From: Escherichia coli
GTDB lineage: Bacteria; Pseudomonadota; Gammaproteobacteria; Enterobacterales; Enterobacteriaceae
Strand: one strand, 5' to 3'
Length of the DNA stretch: 64,000 nt
Assembly (NCBI RefSeq): GCF_003991155.1
Contig: NZ_CP031294.1
Position numbers and translations under genes: made by a program
In this document: in pieces, positions 58,500 to 64,000 of the stretch
Position numbering within the stretch: the first letter of the stretch is position 1
How the letters are laid out: every line of letters starts with the position of its first letter
Notes under the pieces: model-generated
Seen by the model: only the letters and a program-made list of their open reading frames with translations
The model's database searches: none
What the model was told of the DNA's origin: nothing

Positions 58500-59069
58500 T
58501 CAATTAGAGCTTTGAAAGACTTTGTGTGGTTGTGTTGCGAGGTTATGTCGATGGCTTAACTCACGCATCATGTCTTCAAGGCGACTCTTTGTGTCGTCGA
58601 GTTGGTCGGCCATTGCTCCCAAAAGCTGACGAACGGCCATAGGATCATCGCTGTTTAGTGATGGCATTTTATAACCCGCCTGAGAAGACATAAGATTGAA
58701 CGCAGACATCAACATCGTTAGAGAGGATTTAAGCCCAGCAATTTCACGATCTTTGCTGGCAATAATCGTCTCACTCTTGTTAGTGTCATCAGTTCGTTGA
58801 GTCTCGCTCACCATATCCAAAGTCGCCTGCAACTTATCAGCGCGCTCTTTTTCAGCAAGATAATGAACACCGAAATGATGTGCTAAAGCTACAACCTGAG
58901 TTGGCTCTTCAAAGGTGGACTCAAAATTAAGTGCTGTAACCACTCTCTCAAATATGGAAACGTCTTCTATTCCTCGAAGAATGGCTAACATTTTGACCAG
59001 TTCATTAGCATCCATTTCTTCGAATAAGGCGTTTTGTTCATCAGCTATCGCTTTGCATTTCTTGCACAT
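58500..59069 (-). CDS. hypothetical acidic protein (189 aa)
   Basis: The operator AAACAAGTTGTTT-TCTTATTGG-CTTTATTGTGA lies 20 bp upstream of the start. Confidence 0.5.
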   Translation of the reverse strand: MCKKCKAIADEQNALFEEMDANELVKMLAILRGIEDVSIFERVVTALNFESTFEEPTQVVALAHHFGVHYLAEKERADKLQATLDMVSETQRTDDTNKSETIIASKDREIAGLKSSLTMLMSAFNLMSSQAGYKMPSLNSDDPMAVRQLLGAMADQLDDTKSRLEDMMRELSHRHNLATQPHKVFQSSN

Positions 59070-59087
59070 GTGTTTTTCCTAATTCTT

Positions 59088-59125
59088 AAACAAGTTGTTT
59101 TCTTATTGGCTTTATTGTGATGTGG
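59088..59125. promoter_or_regulatory. operator element copy (AAACAAGTTGTTTTCTTATTGGCTTTATTGTGATG)
   Basis: Same family as the copies at 41011, 43150, 43633 and 46268. Confidence 0.5.
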
Positions 59126-59366
59126 CATAAAAGGGGAGCAAGCTAAACGTAAAGGTGCAAACTCTCTATTTCGGTCAACGAAACACAAGGGCCATTTGGC
59201 CCTTGTTATTAACACGTTGCTTTACGGACTAGCGGATAAGCGAAGTAGATCGCCAGACCAATGAGGACGCCATCAGAAATGACAGACATCATCTTTCCCG
59301 TAAAATCCACCAACACCGCCATCACCAGAAGAGCAATGACGATCACAAGCCGGAATCTCTCAAGCA

Positions 59367-59792
59367 TTAGAGATAAGCATCCAGTGACAACTGAAGCGCC
59401 TGGGCGATCTTTTTCAGTGCCTGCTCTTCTTGTTCACCAATGCCATCCTGATCGGCAATATCAAGGCACAGACACAGAACATCGACCGCCTCTGGAGTAC
59501 CCGCAATATCAGACAGCTCACGAATAGCCTGTGCATTAGCAGAACGAGGGGACGCTTCGTAACGAGCACGGATATTGGCGCTCATTTGGGCAATTTCACC
59601 AGCAAACGGAGAAAACGCAGGCAGAGCTGCAATTGTCTTCTCAAGAATGGCAATTTCTTTTGCGTCACATGTGCCGTCGGCATAGGAGATCATGTACGCG
59701 CCCCACACGGTGGCCTCAACCGCATCACGGTTCTCCATTTTTTTGACTTCGATAACTGCTTTACGAGTTTTCTTTTTGAAGAAACCTAACAT
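59367..59792 (-). CDS. TerB-like (tellurite-resistance TerB / DjlA N-terminal type) domain protein
   Basis: The 141-aa product has a helical acidic repeat pattern …AYMISYADGTCDAKEIAILEKTIAAL… and …VLCLCLDIADQDGIGEQEEQALKKIAQALQL…, consistent with the TerB fold. The call is from memory. An operator lies upstream at 59817. Confidence 0.4.
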   Translation of the reverse strand: MLGFFKKKTRKAVIEVKKMENRDAVEATVWGAYMISYADGTCDAKEIAILEKTIAALPAFSPFAGEIAQMSANIRARYEASPRSANAQAIRELSDIAGTPEAVDVLCLCLDIADQDGIGEQEEQALKKIAQALQLSLDAYL

Positions 59793-59816
59793 GTGTTTTC
59801 CTTTTGTTATTTGTCA

Positions 59817-59850
59817 AAACAAGTTGTTTTATAGTTTCATAAATTGCTTA
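59817..59850. promoter_or_regulatory. operator element copy (AAACAAGTTGTTTTATAGTTTCATAAATTGC)
   Basis: The palindrome AAACAAGTTGTTT lies 25 bp upstream of the ATG at 59792. Confidence 0.45.
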
Positions 59851-59885
59851 CGCAAAGATGGTCAATGCATATGCACTAACAGCCG

Positions 59886-60074
59886 TCAGAAATAACCAAG
59901 TACCGAACCGACTGGAAAAACAAAAATCCCAACTACACGAGCCAAGGTCATGCCAGCCTGAAACTGGAGATCGCCAGAGCAAACAAGTTTTATAATGTTC
60001 GATACCCAACCGGCGGCCATGAGGGCAAGAATTGCCAGCCAAATTTTTCCAAAGTGATTTGAAAACCAGTTCAT
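59886..60074 (-). CDS. small two-TM membrane protein (62 aa)
   Basis: MNWFSNHFGKIWLAILALMAAGWVSNIIKLV...VVGIFVFPVGSVLGYF. ATGA overlap with the upstream ORF. Confidence 0.35.
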   Translation of the reverse strand: MNWFSNHFGKIWLAILALMAAGWVSNIIKLVCSGDLQFQAGMTLARVVGIFVFPVGSVLGYF

Positions 60075-60322
60075 ACAACCGCCTTAGTCACAGCATGATC
60101 CTGAGTAACCGGATGAACTTGAGGTATCGCATCCACCGTCATCCCATCCAGAGTGACAGGACGCTCTACTGGAGTGGTGGTAATTGTCGTCGACGGAGGT
60201 GTGGTGATGGATGAACCCGGCATCAAAAGGCTCTGGCCGGCTGGAACGGCTACCGTCGCCAGTGAAACTATAATGAGAACGTAGGCCATTGGTTTCAGCC
60301 TCTTTCTTTGAAAATTTTCCAT
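60071..60322 (-). CDS. small protein with an N-terminal TM/signal-like helix and a Thr/Pro-rich region (83 aa). It lies in the alternative frame of the 60084-60578 ORF.
   Basis: MENFQRKRLKPMAYVLIIVSLATVAVPAG...TTPPSTTITTTP... Confidence 0.3.
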   Translation of the reverse strand: MENFQRKRLKPMAYVLIIVSLATVAVPAGQSLLMPGSSITTPPSTTITTTPVERPVTLDGMTVDAIPQVHPVTQDHAVTKAVV

Positions 60323-60578
60323 TCGAACTGTCCTTGTTGTTTTTCTCCTTCACTAAAGGCCGTGTACTTTTCGCTTCGCGTGAAGAACCAGAGGCAACAA
60401 TCGCCCCCACGTTCGCAACAACTGACGCTTGATTATCTAAACGTTCATTCAGCAACCGAACGGTAGTCTCTAGTTCATCAAGACGTGACATAACACGACC
60501 GCTAAACAATTCGGCCAAAATTTGACGTAAAGAACGAGGACGTTTAGTTGCAGAAGTGAAATAGGTTTGACGTGCCAT
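60084..60578 (-). CDS. ORF whose N-terminal about 85 aa look genuine (charged coiled-coil MARQTYFTSATKRPRSLRQILAELFSGRVMSRLDELETTVRLLNERLDNQ). The distal part overlaps the 60071-60322 ORF and is low-complexity.
   Basis: Two overlapping frames are open. Which one is translated downstream of about 60330 cannot be decided from sequence alone. Confidence 0.3.
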   Translation of the reverse strand: MARQTYFTSATKRPRSLRQILAELFSGRVMSRLDELETTVRLLNERLDNQASVVANVGAIVASGSSREAKSTRPLVKEKNNKDSSNGKFSKKEAETNGLRSHYSFTGDGSRSSRPEPFDAGFIHHHTSVDDNYHHSSRASCHSGWDDGGCDTSSSSGYSGSCCD

Positions 60579-60723
60579 GTGGACTCCATCCAGTGTCAGA
60601 AAGAGTTGCGGCTGGCGATTGCCAGCCGCCTTTCTCGTTCCATCCTGGAACTGTGTCTTACCGACACATTGTCATCCTGACGCTGATAAGATACATGATT
60701 TAAAATGATAGGTAAACACTTAC

Positions 60724-61368
60724 TTACCACTTGTTATAAACAAAACCAATATCTTTCTTGTGAGGCATATCTGCTGCTGAAAAAGCTGCGATCTTCGCGA
60801 GTCGATCACATATTTCATTTTCACGATGCCCGGCGTGACCTTTAACCCACTTCCAGCGAACATTATGTCGACTTGCGGCCTCATCCAGACGTTTCCACAG
60901 ATCAACATTCTTTACCGGTTTTTTATCAGAAGTCATCCATCCATTACGTTTCCACCATTTCATCCACTGTGTCATGCCGTTTTTCAGATACTGGCTATCA
61001 GAGTACAAAATAACGTTGCATGGATATTTCAAACGCTCCAGCCCGATAAGTGCGCCCATCATCTCCATGCGGTTATTGGTGGTGCTATGAAAACCATCTG
61101 AGAACTCGCGTTCCTCACCACGATACTGGAGAACGATACCGTAACCGCCCGGGCCACCCGGATTTTTAAGGCAAGAGCCATCACTAAAGATTTTCACGGT
61201 TTTGAGCTGGGGATTGAACTCTACGACAGGCGTTGTGGGATTGGTGCGGGGAGAATTTTTGTTTTTGGCTTTTTTGCGAGTTTTTGCTTGCGATCGGGCT
61301 GGTGTCTTCGTCGTCATATAAACTCCTGAATCAAGCGCCGCGCCGATTTTTTCCTCGCGCGTGCGCAC
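60724..61368 (-). CDS. RNase HI homologue with a 45-aa basic N-terminal extension
   Basis: …[25 protein letters not shown]…[16 protein letters not shown]…[23 protein letters not shown]…[17 protein letters not shown] aligns residue-by-residue with E. coli RnhA catalytic motifs (the catalytic Asp/Glu/Asp/Asp positions are present). Confidence 0.8.
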   Translation of the reverse strand: MRTREEKIGAALDSGVYMTTKTPARSQAKTRKKAKNKNSPRTNPTTPVVEFNPQLKTVKIFSDGSCLKNPGGPGGYGIVLQYRGEEREFSDGFHSTTNNRMEMMGALIGLERLKYPCNVILYSDSQYLKNGMTQWMKWWKRNGWMTSDKKPVKNVDLWKRLDEAASRHNVRWKWVKGHAGHRENEICDRLAKIAAFSAADMPHKKDIGFVYNKW

Positions 61369-61439
61369 ACGCGTGCGTGTTAATAATTATTAAAATAAAC
61401 AAATTACTTCCCAGAACAGGTTTTTTATAAACCTGAACT

Positions 61440-61890
61440 GAACGAACGAAGTGAGTGAAGTTCACCTCGAACGAAGTGAGAGGTTGTCTTTTCAGGTAAT
61501 ACTCTCCCAGGGAGGTGAGTATAAAATTCCTCACCAACCTGGTCGTTTCATAACCTGAAAAGCTATGGTCTAAGTCTACTGCCAGCTTAGACTTGGGAAG
61601 TTATGGATGACAGCACCCCAGAACCGAGATCTTCCCACACTTTATGAAGGGGAGTACTGGATTCAACCTCTCGAAACACCCCAGACTCGACAATCATAAA
61701 GTGACCCTTGTCTCTGCTCACTTTGGTTCCCCCTTCCCCGACACCTAAACGGCACCGGTTCTACGCTGGTAGTGAGCTTTTTTAAACCTGACGCCAGTGA
61801 CGCTTACCCCCACCCATCAGGTCGAGTCTCCAGTCTACGACTGGAAACTATCAGATCTTAGCACTTACAATTCACTTTATGAATAGTTTG
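61440..61890. other. about 450-bp non-coding region with direct repeats (CGAACGAAGTGAG x2) and several short inverted repeats. No ORF.
   Basis: The repeats are aacctgaactgaaCGAACGAAGTGAGtgaagttcacctCGAACGAAGTGAGaggttgtc..., ctcccagggaggtgag...ctcacc and ctacgctggtag plus a T-run. No tRNA-like T-arm was recognised. Confidence 0.4.
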
Positions 61891-61900
61891 TACTTATCTA

Positions 61901-62155
61901 TCATTTCGATTGATTATTTTTTCGACCATGTAGTTGAACATTCAAGGCAAACACCTCGTTGATCAACTCACCTAAAAGCTGTTCAACAAGTTCGCGATGC
62001 TCCCCAAGATGCAAGCACTTAATTGCCCATTCGTACAAGTTGAAAGCCTGCTCACGATCTTTCATCATTTCACGAGCCTGGGCCAGAAAATCGCTCTCTA
62101 CGAGCGCAACGACATTAGTCGGATATGACATGTTGGTTTCCTTAAAGTGGTTCAT
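61901..62155 (-). CDS. hypothetical small protein (84 aa)
   Basis: ORF only. Confidence 0.35.
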   Translation of the reverse strand: MNHFKETNMSYPTNVVALVESDFLAQAREMMKDREQAFNLYEWAIKCLHLGEHRELVEQLLGELINEVFALNVQLHGRKNNQSK

Positions 62156-62317
62156 AAAATCGATTTTAAAGCGTCTGGGAAGGGGTTCTAGTGGATTCTG
62201 TAGTGGTGTTCAGGTCTGGGAGTCTCTGATATAAAACAGCCTGCTTCCGTATATTAATAATTAATATGTAGTTATTTATATATACAGAAGCAGGCTAATT
62301 ACAGACGCCAGAACAAA

Positions 62318-62911
62318 CTAAGCAGCCTTCTTTGATGGTCTTTTTTTCCTGATCACATTCGCAGGATCATACCCTCCCAGACTTTTCATGACGTCCAAAG
62401 GGATCTTGCTTATAGAGTGCCCAGCGTCCTGACAGAATCCTCGAAAAACAACGAGCATACTGCCACCGGGGTTGATGTTTACTTCTACCTGACCCAAATT
62501 GACGTCAGGCTCGACAAACGCTACGCGGCCACCAGACAGAATAATCGTCTCATTCGCACACTCTGTTGCACGCTCATACCACTTTGTATCGAGGGATTGA
62601 GGAATTAGCATCACTGTTGTAACTCCGCGAGCCTGCTCACGTATAGCCGCATCAATCCAGGGGGAGATTTTGGAGTAGGGTGGATTGAGGAAGGCAATTG
62701 TACCTGGCTGTCCCCATTCAGATTTCAAAGCATCACGCTCAACGCCTATGAAATTAGGCAGCTTCGCATTGTCCTTGTTGCAGGCAACGTCAACATCAAA
62801 TGTCACTCCAAGATAACGTTGAATGGCAGAAAACAGCCAGTCAGGTGTTCTCCAGAGGTCACGAAGAGAGTTGTCGCGCTTTCGCTGTTTGATTTTTTCG
62901 GCTGCAATCAT
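62318..62911 (-). CDS. phage-type DNA N6-adenine methyltransferase (Dam family)
   Basis: The 197-aa product carries the catalytic motif IAFLNPPYS (NPPY) in the arrangement typical of small phage Dam methyltransferases. N-terminal …WRTPDWLFSAIQRYLG… motif. Confidence 0.75.
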   Translation of the reverse strand: MIAAEKIKQRKRDNSLRDLWRTPDWLFSAIQRYLGVTFDVDVACNKDNAKLPNFIGVERDALKSEWGQPGTIAFLNPPYSKISPWIDAAIREQARGVTTVMLIPQSLDTKWYERATECANETIILSGGRVAFVEPDVNLGQVEVNINPGGSMLVVFRGFCQDAGHSISKIPLDVMKSLGGYDPANVIRKKRPSKKAA

Positions 62912-62922
62912 CTTCTTTCTCG

Positions 62923-62942
62923 ATAGGTAAGTGATTACCTAT
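62923..62942. promoter_or_regulatory. perfect palindrome ATAGGTAAGTGATTACCTAT, 12 bp upstream of the methyltransferase start
   Basis: Read directly. It belongs to the second palindrome family (see findings). Confidence 0.55.
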
Positions 62943-63094
62943 TTTTGCATTTGATTTTATGTCTGACAATCAAATAAAACGCGCCAGAAATGCAAACGAG
63001 AAGCTCTCTGGCGCGTTTTTGTGGTGCTGGATATGTGATTGGCTTACCCAGCACTATAAAGCTCTCTATGGGCTTTATTTTCAGTAGGGGGACG

Positions 63095-63904
63095 TCATCC
63101 AATAGTGTACTCCGCTACAAACTTCTTAACGATCGGTGATTCTTCGTTCAATGTTAGATTTCCACCGTCTCTAACGGCAATTCCTGTCGCTGGAAATACA
63201 GCCATCATTTGCCCAGCCTGAGTTGACGCAGTGTTAAGCGGATACGGTTTTTCTGGATTGCTCATTAAAGCAATCTTAATACTATTACTTGTAGCCTTCT
63301 TTTCTGTGAGAAGGTGTCTCATGGAAATTACCGTGTAAACACTAATATCTGGACCTCCGCTAAACCAATTAAGAAGGTTTAATATCTTATCCTTTGCTTT
63401 GACAGGCGCGTTTTCGTAAGCGTCTAAGAAAATATCTGTTTCTAAGCCTGCTTTATTGAAAAACGAATCATCTTTATCACTTAAAGTAAAACGAGGACCT
63501 CTTGCAGTACGCGCTTTTTTATTTGTGTTGCTATCATTTGACTGTTGAACTTTTAATTCATCATTAACATCAACACACTCTTCAACCTCAATCAATCCCA
63601 ATTGTTCTGGCTCGTTTTCGGCAGATTCAACACTTTCAGCGTTAATTACGTTTATAGGCTCATGCGCTAACTCCAACTCATTTAAAGCAGAGCTGAAATC
63701 ACCTGCTTTTTCTTCATTGAACAGTTCTTCGGCAACATCATCAGAACTCATGGCTACGCCAGCATCGAGGCCGAGCAGCAGATCGTCAATATCATCAGTA
63801 TTTTCAACCTGTGCGGCTTTTTTTACTGGCTCATCAAGTGATTGCAACATGGCTGTCAGCTCGTCCAGATCATCATTTGCCATTACATTTTCAACCGAAC
63901 TCAT
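63095..63904 (-). CDS. hypothetical highly acidic protein (269 aa)
   Basis: The N-terminal 130 aa are about 35% Asp/Glu (…DDLDELTAMLQSLDEPVKK…ENTDDIDDLLLGLD…). The C-terminal half is neutral. Confidence 0.5.
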   Translation of the reverse strand: MSSVENVMANDDLDELTAMLQSLDEPVKKAAQVENTDDIDDLLLGLDAGVAMSSDDVAEELFNEEKAGDFSSALNELELAHEPINVINAESVESAENEPEQLGLIEVEECVDVNDELKVQQSNDSNTNKKARTARGPRFTLSDKDDSFFNKAGLETDIFLDAYENAPVKAKDKILNLLNWFSGGPDISVYTVISMRHLLTEKKATSNSIKIALMSNPEKPYPLNTASTQAGQMMAVFPATGIAVRDGGNLTLNEESPIVKKFVAEYTIG

Positions 63905-64000
63905 GTAAGTCTCCTTCTGCTTGGTTACATTTGCGTTTCGATAGCTACATTTTGACTAAACCTATCAGGCGGAAAAGTATTAAATACAGGCAGGAAATGA

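Noticed and set aside
61440-61890. Possible tRNA or tmRNA in the ORF-free region near the RNase H-like gene
   Set aside because: No GTTCGAATC-type T-arm with an appropriately spaced acceptor stem could be found by eye. A covariance-model search is needed before calling any RNA gene.

Overview
The window is three blocks of enterobacterial (E. coli-like) chromosome. (1) Positions 1 to about 37,100 are the late, structural and partition part of a siphovirus-type prophage, all on the minus strand. It has a lambda-like tail module (major tail protein V-like, the G/GT tail-chaperone pair (G plus G-T frameshift product), tape measure, M, L, K, I, a J-like central fiber, an Stf-like side tail fiber) and a non-lambda HK97-fold head module (terminase small and large subunits, portal, scaffold, major capsid protein, an Ig-like decoration protein, connector proteins). 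A lysis cassette sits downstream of the tail fibers. A ParA/ParG-type partition cassette and a 3'-truncated KAP-family P-loop NTPase lie at the left edge. Two ParB-like nuclease-domain genes, an ABC-type ATPase and a divergent DEAD/DEAH helicase lie upstream of the terminase. (2) Positions about 37,100 to 46,370 are an accessory island with no detectable homologues: a lipoprotein and secreted-protein moron, an AT-rich three-gene cassette with its own promoter and duplicated terminators, and about eight small, mostly acidic minus-strand genes. Almost every one of these small genes is preceded by the same about 35-bp element centred on the palindrome AAACAA-N-TTGTTT. The island also holds a 1.4-kb non-coding region full of iterons and G/T-skewed repeats. 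(3) The core genes metG (minus) and mrp/apbC (plus) at 46,418-49,709 are followed by a second accessory block. It contains an orphan umuD-like gene behind a perfect LexA box, a complete EcoR124-family (type IC) hsdM-hsdS-hsdR system whose HsdS has three TAEL repeats, and further phage-like genes (RNase HI homologue, Dam-family N6-adenine methyltransferase, TerB-like protein, small acidic proteins). Two regulatory palindrome families recur on both sides of the metG-mrp block. I found no tRNA, rRNA, CRISPR array, integrase or transposase inside the window. No protein outside the named families can be assigned a function from sequence alone.
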